A DNA stretch of 64,000 bases, taken from the NCBI GenBank assembly GCA_963744995.1, contig CAVUWA010000009.1, positions 384,001 to 448,000 of the forward strand, given 5' to 3'. Both the position numbers and the translations under genes were made by a program. Below are positions 41,058 through 50,823 of this stretch, in pieces (position 1 is the first letter of the stretch; each line of letters starts with the position of its first letter). The notes below the pieces were generated by a model. The model did not search any database and was not told the origin of the DNA. It saw only the letters and a list, made by a program, of their open reading frames with translations. The DNA is from Candidatus Eiseniibacteriota bacterium. GTDB taxonomy: Bacteria; Eisenbacteria; RBG-16-71-46.

Positions 41058-42904
41058 AGGGTACCCTCCAGCACCTGCAGGCAGTTCTCGTAGCGCCCGA
41101 ACGACGGCATGAGGTAGACGCCGTCGGCCATGTCGTGGCACTCCGCGAGCAGGTTCTGCGCGAGCTCCACGCCGACCTTCTGGCCTTCGCCGCCCGCCGC
41201 GTGCATGCGCTCGCGGATCCACTGCGGGACGTGGATGCCCGGCACCTCGTTGTGCAGGAAGTCGGCGTGGCGGAACGACTGCAGCGGCAGGAGGCCGACC
41301 ATGATCGGAATCTCCGTGAGTCCGCTCAGGCGGTCCACGAACCGTTTCCAGCAGTCGAGCTCGTACACCGGCTGCGTCATCACGAACTGCGGTCCGGCGT
41401 CGAGCTTGCGTTTCACGTATTCGAACTCCGCGTCGAGGTCTTCGGCGGTCGGGTTCACGCCGCAGCCGAACGCGAAGTTCGTGCGCGCGCCGATCGAGGT
41501 GCCGGCGAGATCGGTGCCGCTGTTCATGGTGCGCACGATGCGCATGAGCCCGGGTGCGTCGGTGTCGAATACCGCGGTCGCGTTCGGATAGTCGCCCATC
41601 GTGGGCGGATCGCCGGTCAGGCACAGGATGTTGCGGATGCCGATCGCGTGCGCGCCGAGCAGCTCGCTCTGCAACGCCATGAGGTTCCGGTCGCGGGTCG
41701 TGAAGTGCAGGATGACCTCGAGCCGGGGAAAGTGCGTGCGGATCTGATAGCCTAGCGAAGGTGCGCTCATGCGGATCCGCGCGAGCGGCGAGTCGGCGAC
41801 GTTCACGCAGTCGACCCCGCGCCGCGCCATCATTTCCGCCGCGTTCATGACCTTGCGGGTGTTGATCCCGCGCGGCGGATCGATTTCGACACTCACGACG
41901 AACTTCTGCTCGAAGAGCTGCAGGAAGCGCGGCTTCTCGGTTTCGACCGGCTCGGCGGGCGCGGGGTCGCGCTCGATCACCTGCACGTCCGCGCCGGGGG
42001 CGTGGCGTTCGGACGGCCGGTGCGACGCCATCCGCTCGCGCATCGCGCGGGTGTGCGCGGGCGTGGTGCCGCAGCAGCCGCCGACCAGGCGCACACCCAT
42101 CTCGATCGCGCGCGCCGCGAAATCCGCGTAGTACTCGGGGCTCGCGAGGTAGACGAAGCGCCCGTCCACGACCTGCGGAAGCCCGGCGTTGGGCATCGCC
42201 GAGAGCGGTGTGTCTCCGGCCGCATCGAGCATCGCCTCGAGCACCTCGAGCGTGGGCTGCGGGCCGACGCCGCAGTTCACGCCGATCACGTCCACGCCGG
42301 CCTGACGGAGCGCCGAGGCGACGAGCGCCGGCGAGTGCCCGTAGCGGGTCTTCCCGTCGAGACCGAAGGTCGTCTGCGCCACGATCGGCATGTCCACGGC
42401 GACGCGGCGCACGCTGCGCACGGCGGCCAGGATCTCGCCGAGGTCGGAGAACGTCTCGAGCAGGAAACAGTCGCAGCCGCCCTCGAGCAGGCCCTCGGCG
42501 GTGGCGCGGAAGCACTGTTCGGCCTCGGCGACGGTGATCTGGCCGAAGGGCTCGAGCGGCTTGCCGAGCGGACCGATCGAGCCGGCGACGAGCGCGTCCA
42601 CGCCCACGATCTCGCGCGCGGCGCGGGCGACCTTGACGCCCTGCCGCGCGATCAGACGCACCTTCTCCTCGAGATTGTGAGCCGACAGCCGTATCGCGTT
42701 GGCGCCAAACGTGTTCGTCTCGATGAGATCGGCGCCGGCCGTGAGGTAGTCACGGTGCACCGCCTCGATCAGTTCGGGACGGGACAGGTTGAGCTCGTCG
42801 AAACTCTGCTCGAACCCGACACCGCGGGCATAGAGCTGCGTGCCCATGGCGCCGTCGGCGAGGACCGGGCCGCGGCGGATGCGTTCCATGAAGACATTGG
42901 ACAT
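41054..42904 (-). CDS. Bifunctional homocysteine S-methyltransferase / 5,10-methylene-THF reductase (YitJ-like)
   Basis: DGAMGT, TNTFGAN, GVNC, VGGCCGT, then VEIDPPRG, ADSPLAR, TRDRNL, LTGDP, MTQPVY. Confidence 0.92.
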   Translation of the reverse strand: MSNVFMERIRRGPVLADGAMGTQLYARGVGFEQSFDELNLSRPELIEAVHRDYLTAGADLIETNTFGANAIRLSAHNLEEKVRLIARQGVKVARAAREIVGVDALVAGSIGPLGKPLEPFGQITVAEAEQCFRATAEGLLEGGCDCFLLETFSDLGEILAAVRSVRRVAVDMPIVAQTTFGLDGKTRYGHSPALVASALRQAGVDVIGVNCGVGPQPTLEVLEAMLDAAGDTPLSAMPNAGLPQVVDGRFVYLASPEYYADFAARAIEMGVRLVGGCCGTTPAHTRAMRERMASHRPSERHAPGADVQVIERDPAPAEPVETEKPRFLQLFEQKFVVSVEIDPPRGINTRKVMNAAEMMARRGVDCVNVADSPLARIRMSAPSLGYQIRTHFPRLEVILHFTTRDRNLMALQSELLGAHAIGIRNILCLTGDPPTMGDYPNATAVFDTDAPGLMRIVRTMNSGTDLAGTSIGARTNFAFGCGVNPTAEDLDAEFEYVKRKLDAGPQFVMTQPVYELDCWKRFVDRLSGLTEIPIMVGLLPLQSFRHADFLHNEVPGIHVPQWIRERMHAAGGEGQKVGVELAQNLLAECHDMADGVYLMPSFGRYENCLQVLEGTL

Positions 42905-42912
42905 GGGCAGCG

Positions 42913-42941
42913 ACTGTACGGTCTCGTTCGGAGCGGTTCAA
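42913..42941 (-). promoter_or_regulatory. Promoter candidate for a near-leaderless YitJ mRNA
   Basis: Minus strand TTGAAC-N17-TACAGT-N8-ATG, no SD. Confidence 0.6.
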
Positions 42942-42962
42942 GCGCGGGCCGGGAGAGCACCG

Positions 42963-43006
42963 CGCGCGCCGCCCGGACGGGAGGAGTGTCGCGCGCCGCC
43001 CGGACG
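42963..43006. repeat. 17-bp direct repeat x2 in divergent promoter region
   Basis: CGCGCGCCGCCCGGACG at 42963-42979 and 42990-43006. Confidence 0.55.
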
Positions 43007-43065
43007 CACGGCGTCCCGGATTCGTCAGATCCGCGGTCGGCGCCCGGGATGCACACGCGCGGGTG

Positions 43066-43094
43066 TTGGAGGCCCCGCGGGCCGCTGATATAGT
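43066..43094 (+). promoter_or_regulatory. Promoter candidate for a near-leaderless S55 protease operon mRNA
   Basis: TTGGAG-N17-TATAGT-N8-GTG with extended -10 TGn, no SD. Confidence 0.6.
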
Positions 43095-43102
43095 CCGGCG
43101 CC

Positions 43103-44914
43103 GTGACCCTACGCTCGTCGCTCCTCGTCTCGCTTGCCGCCATGTCGTTCGCCATTCCCGCCGCCGCCGAGCGCGTTCCGACGCTCGGCCCGGACGCGCT
43201 CCTGCCGGGGCAGCAGGCCGAGGTCCGCACCGTGTTCGCCGGAGGGCGGATCGAGTCGTTCGACGCCGAGATCCTGGGTGTGCTGCGCGGCGGTCGGGCC
43301 GCGGGCGACATGATCCTCGCGCGCGCCACCTCGGAGCGGGTGGTGAAGAGCGGCATCGCCGCCGGCATGAGCGGCTCCCCCGTGTACGTGAACGGTCGCC
43401 TGATCGGCGCGCTGTCGAGCGGCTGGCCGTTCTCGCGCGATCCGATCTTCGGGATCACGCCGATCGGCGAGATGCTCGACGTCCTCCATCACGCCGAGGT
43501 CCCGGGCGACGGTGCGAGCGCCGGCCCGGCCGGCGTGTCGCCGTCCGCCGCGACCCCGCGCTATCGGGAGATGCGCTGGCCCGGGACGGAGGATCAGGCG
43601 CTGCCGGAGGCGCAGGTGCAGGCGCAGGCCGGCGCGGCGGATGGAGCCAGCCTGGCGCCGCTGCCCCTGCCGCTCGTCGGCGTCGGACTGCCCCCCGCCG
43701 CCCTTGCCTTCGCACGGCGTTCGCTCGCGCCCTTCCACATGGACGTCGTCCCGGGCGGCATGGGAGGCACGGGGAGCGCCGACAGTCTGCGTCCGGGGTC
43801 CGCGGTCGCCGTGGATCTCATGCGCGGGGATCTGCTGCTCTCGGCCATCGGAACGCTCACCTGGCGCGACGGCGATCGGGTGCTGATCTTCGGCCACCCG
43901 TTCTTCCAGGCCGGCGCCGTGCGGATGCCGCTCTCGACGGCCGAGATCACCACCGTCGTGGCGAGCGACCTGAATTCGTTCAAGCTCGGCGTCACCGGCC
44001 GTGAGGTCGGCGTGGTGGATCAGGACCGGCGCGCCGCGGTCGCGGGACGCATCGGCGCGCGCGCGCGGCTCCTGCCGATGCGGGTGACCGTGCGCTGGCC
44101 GGACCGCGCGCCCCAGACCTTCCACTACGAGACGGTCGAGGACCGCACGATCGCACCCACGCTGATGACGGTGGCCACGCTCACGAGCCTGCTCGAAGCG
44201 GGCGGCAACGCCGCCAACCAGACCCTGGCGTGGCGGCTGACCCTGCATCGCCACGGTCAGGGACCGTTCGTCCTCGAGGACGTGTTCGCCGGCGCGTCGC
44301 CGCCTGCGACCGTGGCACAGCGCGCCGTGCAGCCGCTCCAGTACCTGTTCGGAAACCCGTTCGAACCGCTGGCGCTCGACAGCGTGGCGCTCGAGGTGGA
44401 CGTCACGCCCGGGCGCAAACGACTGACCCTCGAACGCGCGGTGCTGCTCACGCCGATCGTGCGGCCCGGAGGCACCGTGCGCGTCCGCTGCGCCCTCGAC
44501 GCGTGGCGCGGCGCAGAGGCTTCGCGGACGCTCGAGCTGCACGTGCCCGATGACGCCCCGCCCGGGCGCTACGATCTCTGGGTCGGCGGCGGCCACGAGT
44601 TGTCGGCGTTCTCCGCGGAGCGGCGACCGGGCCACTTCCAGCCGGCCTCGCTCGCGGAGGCCTGGCGCCGCCTCGCCGAGCTGCCGCCCTCCGACGGCCT
44701 GCACGCCGTCCTGATCGCGTCCACTTCCGAGTGGAGCATCGCGGGGAGGGACTATCCGGGCCTGCCTGCGTCCGCACGCGCCATGCTGACCGTTCCCGGG
44801 GGCTCCGGCGCGCAGGAGGGCGCATCGTGGCTCGCCGAGACCCGGGCGCCCGTGGACGGTTCGCTCTCGGGCCAGGCCATGCTCAAGGTGACCGTCGAAG
44901 ACCGTGTTCCCTGA
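43103..44914 (+). CDS. Exported SpoIVB-like peptidase (S55 domain) protein
   Basis: Signal peptide; GIAAGMSGSPVYVNGRLIGA and AIGTLTW....VLIFGHPF. Confidence 0.85.
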   Translation: MTLRSSLLVSLAAMSFAIPAAAERVPTLGPDALLPGQQAEVRTVFAGGRIESFDAEILGVLRGGRAAGDMILARATSERVVKSGIAAGMSGSPVYVNGRLIGALSSGWPFSRDPIFGITPIGEMLDVLHHAEVPGDGASAGPAGVSPSAATPRYREMRWPGTEDQALPEAQVQAQAGAADGASLAPLPLPLVGVGLPPAALAFARRSLAPFHMDVVPGGMGGTGSADSLRPGSAVAVDLMRGDLLLSAIGTLTWRDGDRVLIFGHPFFQAGAVRMPLSTAEITTVVASDLNSFKLGVTGREVGVVDQDRRAAVAGRIGARARLLPMRVTVRWPDRAPQTFHYETVEDRTIAPTLMTVATLTSLLEAGGNAANQTLAWRLTLHRHGQGPFVLEDVFAGASPPATVAQRAVQPLQYLFGNPFEPLALDSVALEVDVTPGRKRLTLERAVLLTPIVRPGGTVRVRCALDAWRGAEASRTLELHVPDDAPPGRYDLWVGGGHELSAFSAERRPGHFQPASLAEAWRRLAELPPSDGLHAVLIASTSEWSIAGRDYPGLPASARAMLTVPGGSGAQEGASWLAETRAPVDGSLSGQAMLKVTVEDRVP

Positions 44915-44933
44915 CCGACGAGGAGTCGCTACC

Positions 44934-47081
44934 GTGAAACGTTCCGCCGCCCGCTCGTTCCGCCGCGCGCCCGTGGTGCGCACTGCTGTGCTGCTCCTAG
45001 CCGCGGCCGTGGCGGCCGGAGGGGCGCCCCCGGCACGTGCGGCCACGACCCAGTGGTGGACGACGGCCGCTTCGGCCGACTACGCCGGGGCCGAGACCCA
45101 CGGGCTCGTCGTGGATCCCGACGGCGTCATCACGCTGGGTCCTGCGGCCGAGTCGTTTCCGGTGGACTCGCTCGAGGTGGTGTGGTCGGCGGCGGTGCTG
45201 GCCGATGGCCGCGTCGCCCTCGGCGGCGACGGCGGTCGCATCGTGCGCTGGAGTCGCGGCCGGGGCGCGGCGCCGTGGGTCACGCTGCCCGTGGGTCAGG
45301 TGCTGTCCCTGCTCGCGGACGGCGACGATCTCATCGCCGGCACGGGCCCCGACGGGCTCGTCTACCGGATTCGCGCCAACGGCGACACCGCCATGATTGC
45401 GGCCACCGGCGAGCGCTACGTATGGGCGCTGGCACCCGCCGGAAGGGCCGGCTGGTTCGCGGGCACGGGACCGCACGGCCGCGTGCTGCGCATCGGCCGG
45501 GACGGGAAGCGTCGCGTCCTCCTCGACACCGACGAGCAGAACATCGTGAGCCTGATCGCCGACGGCAAAGGCGGCGCGATCGCGGGCGGCGACACCCACG
45601 GCCGCGTCATCGCGCTCACCGCGGACGGCGCGGCGCGTACGCTCTACGACGCGGAGGAGGACGAGATCCGCGGCCTCGCGCTCGGCCCCGACGGCGCCGT
45701 CTACGCGGCCGCGCTGAGCGCGAAGGCGGTGGAGAACGCAGGCGACGACGACGACGCGCCGCCGCGACCCACCCGCCGGCCCGCGTCGCACGAGGGCGCC
45801 CACGTCTACCGCATCGTTCCCGACAGCCTCGCGGCGCTGTGGTGGACCGCACCGGACCCGATCGTGTTCGCACTCGCCGGCACGCGTGACGGCGTCGTCG
45901 CCGCCACGGGTCATCGCGCCGGGCTGTTCGTGATCCAGGGAGCAGGGCGCGCGTCCCGCTGGCTCTCGCCCCCGGAAGCGCAGGTCACCGCGCTGGCCCG
46001 GGACGGGGCGGGCACGCTCTACGCGGCGACCTCCAATCCGGCGCGGCTCTGGGAAGTGCGTCCCGGGGCCGGTCGCAGCGGCGAGCTCCTTGCGCCGGTG
46101 CTCGACGCACAACGCATCGCCCGCTTCGGCCGGATCCGCTGGTTCGGACGCAGTGGCGGCGCACGCATCGAGCTCGACACCCGCAGCGGCAACGCGGCGG
46201 AGCCGGACACGACGTGGAGCCCGTGGTCGGGAGGCGCCGCGACCGACGCGGGACGCATGGTCGAGGCGCCGCCCGCACGATATCTGCAGTGGCGCCTCCG
46301 GCTCACCGGGGGCGACCCGCGCATCGAGTCGGTCGAAGTGTCGTGGCGCGAGAACAACGTTCCGCCCGAGGTCGCCGGCGTGCGGATCGCCGCGCCGGCG
46401 GAAGGGTTCCGCGAGGGACGTCTTTCGCCGCGCACCGAGCCGGTGACGCAGGAGCTGCCCGGCGGCCGGCGCGTGGAGTTCTCGCTCAAGCGCCGCTCCG
46501 ACGAGGCGGATCTGCAGGCGCTGCCGCTCTGGGCGCAGGGCCTGCGCAGCGTGCAGTGGAGCGCCGCCGACCCGAACGACGATCCGCTCACCTACCGGAT
46601 CGACGTGGCGCGTGAAGGCGACGACACCTGGCTCCCCGTGACCCGCGACCTCGGCGATTCGGTCTACGTGTGGGACACCCACTCGGTGCCGGACGGACGC
46701 TACCGCCTGCGGGTGACGGCGTCCGACGTGGCCGGCAACGCGGTGGGTGAGGAGCGCGAGGGGTTCGCGGTAGGGCCGGTGTTCACGGTCGACAACACGC
46801 CGCCCGAGTTCACCTCGCTCGAGGTCACCGGCGGCGCCGGCCGCATCCTCGTGAAGGGTGCCGCAAGTGACGCGAACCCGGTGGCGCGCATCGAGGTGGC
46901 GGTGGACCAGGACGACTGGCGCGCCGTCACGCCCGCGCGCGGGCTCGACGACGATGCGCGGCCGGCGTTCGAGGCGACGCTCCGGAGCGTCGCCCCCGGC
47001 GCGCATGCCGTGACCGTGCGGATCGTGGACCGCGCCGGGAACTTCGCCGTGCGCGCCGCGCGCGCCACGGTGACGCGCTGA
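44934..47081 (+). CDS. Exported beta-propeller protein with C-terminal Ig/Fn3-like domains
   Basis: SD AGGAG, signal peptide, repeated blades (VWALA...GTGP.GRV), ARYLQWRL, DGRYRLRVTASD, VDNTPP, VDRAGN. Confidence 0.8.
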   Translation: MKRSAARSFRRAPVVRTAVLLLAAAVAAGGAPPARAATTQWWTTAASADYAGAETHGLVVDPDGVITLGPAAESFPVDSLEVVWSAAVLADGRVALGGDGGRIVRWSRGRGAAPWVTLPVGQVLSLLADGDDLIAGTGPDGLVYRIRANGDTAMIAATGERYVWALAPAGRAGWFAGTGPHGRVLRIGRDGKRRVLLDTDEQNIVSLIADGKGGAIAGGDTHGRVIALTADGAARTLYDAEEDEIRGLALGPDGAVYAAALSAKAVENAGDDDDAPPRPTRRPASHEGAHVYRIVPDSLAALWWTAPDPIVFALAGTRDGVVAATGHRAGLFVIQGAGRASRWLSPPEAQVTALARDGAGTLYAATSNPARLWEVRPGAGRSGELLAPVLDAQRIARFGRIRWFGRSGGARIELDTRSGNAAEPDTTWSPWSGGAATDAGRMVEAPPARYLQWRLRLTGGDPRIESVEVSWRENNVPPEVAGVRIAAPAEGFREGRLSPRTEPVTQELPGGRRVEFSLKRRSDEADLQALPLWAQGLRSVQWSAADPNDDPLTYRIDVAREGDDTWLPVTRDLGDSVYVWDTHSVPDGRYRLRVTASDVAGNAVGEEREGFAVGPVFTVDNTPPEFTSLEVTGGAGRILVKGAASDANPVARIEVAVDQDDWRAVTPARGLDDDARPAFEATLRSVAPGAHAVTVRIVDRAGNFAVRAARATVTR

Positions 47082-47091
47082 CCAGGCCACC

Positions 47092-48426
47092 GTGCCCGAT
47101 CGGCGGCCGCCGCTCAGGCTGATCGAAGGGGGCGGCCGCCCGCGGCCGCCGTGGGCCGCGGCGCTCGAGCTCGCCGCGCTCGGCGCGGGAGTGACGTTCA
47201 CGATGGCGCTGATCGGCGCCATGCCCGGCGCCTGGCAGCGGCTCGGCGCCGTGCAGGCGCTGGCCGCGGCCGGGTTCGCCTTCCTCGCGCTCGCGCTGCT
47301 GAGGCTCGAGCGCTACGCGCAGGTGCCGCGCGCCGGCATGATCGTGCTGGCGGTCGCGCTCGCGGCGCGGGTGCCGCTGCTGTTCGCGCCGCCGGCGCTC
47401 TCGGACGACATCTACCGCTACGTGTGGGAAGGGCGGGTGATCGCCCACGGCGGCAATCCCTACACGCAGGCGCCCGCCGACCCCGCCCTGGCCGGCCTGC
47501 GCGACCGTACGATCCATCCGCACGTCAACCACCCGGAGCTCGCCACCATCTACCCGCCGCTGGCCGAGGCCGGGTTCGCGCTCGTCGCGCGGCTGTCCCC
47601 GACGGTGAGCGCGATGAAGGTCTGGGTGGCGCTGCACGATCTGCTGCTGGTCTGCGTGCTGATCCTGCTGCTGCGCCGCGAGGGCGCGAGCGAGGTGGCC
47701 GCGATCGCCTACGCCTGGAATCCTCTGGTGATCGTGGAGTACGCCGGCAGCGGCCACAACGATCCGACCGCGATGCTGTGGCTGGCGCTCGCCTGGTTGT
47801 GGCTCAGGCGCCGCCCGGCGCTGTCGGCGGCGGCGCTGGCGGCGGGCGTGCTCGTGAAGCTCGCTCCGCTGGTGACGCTGCCGCTGTTCGTCAGACGCTG
47901 GCCGTGGCGGGCGCGACTCATCGCCTGCGGAGGGCTCACGGCGGGGCTCGGCCTGTTCTGGCGGCTCACCCGCGGCAGCGACTCGGGACTCACGGCGTAC
48001 TGGGAGCGCTGGCGCAACAACGAGTTCGTCTTCCACCTGCTCGAGCGCGGACTCGGCTTCGCGCACGCGCGGCTCGCGGCGCTCGCGCTGGTGGGCGCAG
48101 CGGTGTTCTGGGCGCTCTGGCGGCGGCGTGAAGTGATCGCCGGTTCGCGCCTCGTGCTGCGCGTGGCGACCGTGGTCGCACCGGTCGTGCACCCCTGGTA
48201 CCTGGGCTGGGTGATGATGTGCGAGCCGTTCGGGCCATCGGCGCCGTGGGGTTTGCTTTCCCTGACGGCGTTCCTAAACTACGGCGTCTTGAGCACGCCC
48301 GCGGAGGGACGTGCGTTCCACCTGCCGCTGGCCTGGCGCGCGGTCGAGTACGGTCTGCCGCTGCTGCTCGCCGCGGCGATCGCGATCGTGCGGCGCGTGC
48401 GCGCACGACCGCCGGAAGGACGCTGA
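47092..48426 (+). CDS. GT-C fold membrane glycosyltransferase (GT87-like)
   Basis: SDDIYRYVWEG, NPY, TIYPP, WNPL, GHND, HPWY; many TM helices. Confidence 0.82.
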   Translation: MPDRRPPLRLIEGGGRPRPPWAAALELAALGAGVTFTMALIGAMPGAWQRLGAVQALAAAGFAFLALALLRLERYAQVPRAGMIVLAVALAARVPLLFAPPALSDDIYRYVWEGRVIAHGGNPYTQAPADPALAGLRDRTIHPHVNHPELATIYPPLAEAGFALVARLSPTVSAMKVWVALHDLLLVCVLILLLRREGASEVAAIAYAWNPLVIVEYAGSGHNDPTAMLWLALAWLWLRRRPALSAAALAAGVLVKLAPLVTLPLFVRRWPWRARLIACGGLTAGLGLFWRLTRGSDSGLTAYWERWRNNEFVFHLLERGLGFAHARLAALALVGAAVFWALWRRREVIAGSRLVLRVATVVAPVVHPWYLGWVMMCEPFGPSAPWGLLSLTAFLNYGVLSTPAEGRAFHLPLAWRAVEYGLPLLLAAAIAIVRRVRARPPEGR

Positions 48427-48429
48427 CGC

Positions 48430-50415
48430 ATGTACCGCACACTCCTCACCGCCGTGCGCGCGGAAGCGTCCGGAGCCCGGGCGCTCGAGACCATCCGCGC
48501 GCTGGGACACTTTCATCGCATCCAGGCCAGCCCGGGCTACGACGCGGCGGCGGCGTGGATGGCCGACGCGATCGTGGATGCGGGCCTCGAGCCGGTAATC
48601 GAGCGGGTGCCGGGGGACGGCAGGACCCGCGCACTCGGCATCCTGCTGCCGCGCGGCTGGGTCCTCGAACACGGCCACGCCAGCCTGCGCGCCGCCGGCG
48701 GGCGCGAGCTTCTGTGCGACGCGGAGGCGGAGCCGCTCGCGGTCATCCAGCGCAGTGCGCCCCTCGCCGGTGTCTTTCCGCTGGTCGCAGTCCCGGCCGG
48801 CGGCGGCACTGCCGCCGACTACGCAGGGGTGGACGTGCGCGGGAAGATCGTGCTGACCGATGCCCCGGTGCATGCGGTGCTCGCCCACGCCGTGATCGAG
48901 CGCGGCGCGGCCGGAATCCTCACGTACGGACGCCGGCTGTTCCCCCCGGTCCGCGCCGCGCACGACGACGAGGACGCGCTGCCCTACACGTCGTTCTGGT
49001 GGACGCCCGCCATGCCGCGCGGCGCCGGATTCGTCGTGAGTCCGGCCACCGGCCGGCGGCTCGCCGCGCAGCTGGCGGCGGGGCAGGCGCTCGAGCTCGA
49101 GGCCGATCTCGCCTCGCGCGAATACGACACGAGGATCCCCCTGCTGTCGGCTTCGATCCCGGGCCGCGGAGCCGAGGAGATCCTGCTGCTCGCGCATCTC
49201 TGCCATCCGCAGCCCGGCGCGAACGACAACGCCTCCGGCGCGGCGGCGTTGCTCGAGGCGGCGCGCGTGCTCGAGGCGCTGCGCAGGAGCGGGGCGTGGA
49301 CACCGGGCGAGCGCGGCGTGCGCTTCCTGTGGATGCCGGAACTGTGCGGCACCGCCGCGTGGCTCGGGCTGGATCGCGAGCGTGCCCGGCGCACCGTCGC
49401 GGCGCTCAATCTCGACATGGTCGGCGCGGACCAGATGCAGTGCGGGAGCACGCTGCTGGTGGAGGATCCGCCGTGCTTCAACGCCTCGTTCGCCGAGGCC
49501 CTGCTGCGCGCGATCCGTCGGGATGCGCAGGACTGGATCACGTCGTACGCGGGGCCCGGCCATTTTTCGATGATGCGGCTCGGCGAAGTGCCGTACGGCG
49601 GCGGCAGCGATCACGCGGTGCTCGGCGATCCGCTCGTCGGCGTGCCCTGCCCGATGCTGATCCAGTGGCCGGACCGCTACTACCACTCCTCCCACGACAC
49701 CCCGGACCGCTGCGACCCGGACTCGCTCGCGCTCGCGGTGCGCTGCGCCGCCACCTATGCGGGGGCGCTCGCGGCACTCGATGCGGGCGGCGTCCCCGAT
49801 CTCGTCGAGCGCGTCGGACGCGACGCGCGGCGCCGGGTGCTCGAGGCCGCAGGGCGCGACGCGGCGCCGCACGGCGTCACGCGTGCGATGGTCGCGGGCC
49901 GTGCCGCGCTGGCTTCGCTCGCGCGCCTCGCCGACGAGCCGGCGCGGATCGCGGCGGCGCTGGCGCGCTTCGACGAATTCTGCGCTGCCGAGGGGGCGCC
50001 GCCGCCGCCGCCGCCGCCGCGCGGCCTGCGGGCGGAAGCGACCCCGGCGGCCGCCTGCTTCAGGCGCCGCGTGGCGGGGCCGCTCGAATTCCTCAACCAT
50101 CTCCTGCCCGGCTACGACGCGCTCGACGCGGAGGCACGGCCTGGTCTCGACGCGCTCATCGCGGGCCTGCCGGGCGGGCGCGCGACCCTCGACGTCGCGT
50201 GGGCGGCCGCGGACGGCCGCCGCAATCTGGAGGAGGTCGCCGCCGCGGTGCGGGTGGAGACCGGCCTCGACGTCGCCGTGGCCGCGCCTGCGGACGGAGC
50301 GGCCACGGGGCTTCTCGAACTCTTCACGATGCTCGAGCGACTCGGCCTGGTGTCGCGCTCGCCCGAGACGGAGGTCCGGTGGAATCTCGGCGCACCCGAT
50401 ACGGTCACGTCCTGA
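48430..50415 (+). CDS. DUF4910 / M28-family aminopeptidase-like protein with PA domain
   Basis: HRIQASPG, AHLCHP.PGANDNASG, PE, NLDMVG, GSDH, YYHSSHD. Confidence 0.82.
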   Translation: MYRTLLTAVRAEASGARALETIRALGHFHRIQASPGYDAAAAWMADAIVDAGLEPVIERVPGDGRTRALGILLPRGWVLEHGHASLRAAGGRELLCDAEAEPLAVIQRSAPLAGVFPLVAVPAGGGTAADYAGVDVRGKIVLTDAPVHAVLAHAVIERGAAGILTYGRRLFPPVRAAHDDEDALPYTSFWWTPAMPRGAGFVVSPATGRRLAAQLAAGQALELEADLASREYDTRIPLLSASIPGRGAEEILLLAHLCHPQPGANDNASGAAALLEAARVLEALRRSGAWTPGERGVRFLWMPELCGTAAWLGLDRERARRTVAALNLDMVGADQMQCGSTLLVEDPPCFNASFAEALLRAIRRDAQDWITSYAGPGHFSMMRLGEVPYGGGSDHAVLGDPLVGVPCPMLIQWPDRYYHSSHDTPDRCDPDSLALAVRCAATYAGALAALDAGGVPDLVERVGRDARRRVLEAAGRDAAPHGVTRAMVAGRAALASLARLADEPARIAAALARFDEFCAAEGAPPPPPPPRGLRAEATPAAACFRRRVAGPLEFLNHLLPGYDALDAEARPGLDALIAGLPGGRATLDVAWAAADGRRNLEEVAAAVRVETGLDVAVAAPADGAATGLLELFTMLERLGLVSRSPETEVRWNLGAPDTVTS

Positions 50416-50813
50416 GGCTCGACCCCGGCGAGGACATCGTCCAGGCTCTCGCGGACTTCGCCGGACGCGAAGGCGTTCGCGGCGGCATGATCAGCGGGAT
50501 CGGCGCCGTCGGCGAGGTCGAACTGGGGTTCTTCGATCCGGCTCGCGAGGTCTACGAGCGCCGCACGTTCCGCGGCGACCACGAGATCGGCGCGCTCACC
50601 GGCAATTTCAGCATGCTCGAGGGCCGGCCGTTCCCGCACTGCCACATCGTCATCGCCGGGCCCGATTTCGTCGCGCACACGGGCCATCTGTTCCGCGGTC
50701 AGGTGTCCGTGACATGTGAAATCCACGTCACGGTCGAGCCGGACCCCATTCTGCGCGTCCGGATCGAGGGCAGCGCTTTCGCGCCGCTCAGCCCGCGACC
50801 GAGACCGGGCTGA
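50379..50813 (+). CDS. PPC domain (DUF296) protein
   Basis: SD GGAGG; LRLDPGED, GIGAV, EIGALTGN, PHCHIV, GHLF. Confidence 0.87.
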   Translation: MESRRTRYGHVLRLDPGEDIVQALADFAGREGVRGGMISGIGAVGEVELGFFDPAREVYERRTFRGDHEIGALTGNFSMLEGRPFPHCHIVIAGPDFVAHTGHLFRGQVSVTCEIHVTVEPDPILRVRIEGSAFAPLSPRPRPG

Positions 50814-50823
50814 GCGCCGCGTG

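Noticed and set aside
49998..50019. (CCG)7 repeat as a phase-variation tract
   Set aside because: In-frame triplet repeat encoding a poly-Pro linker; length change would not shift the frame.
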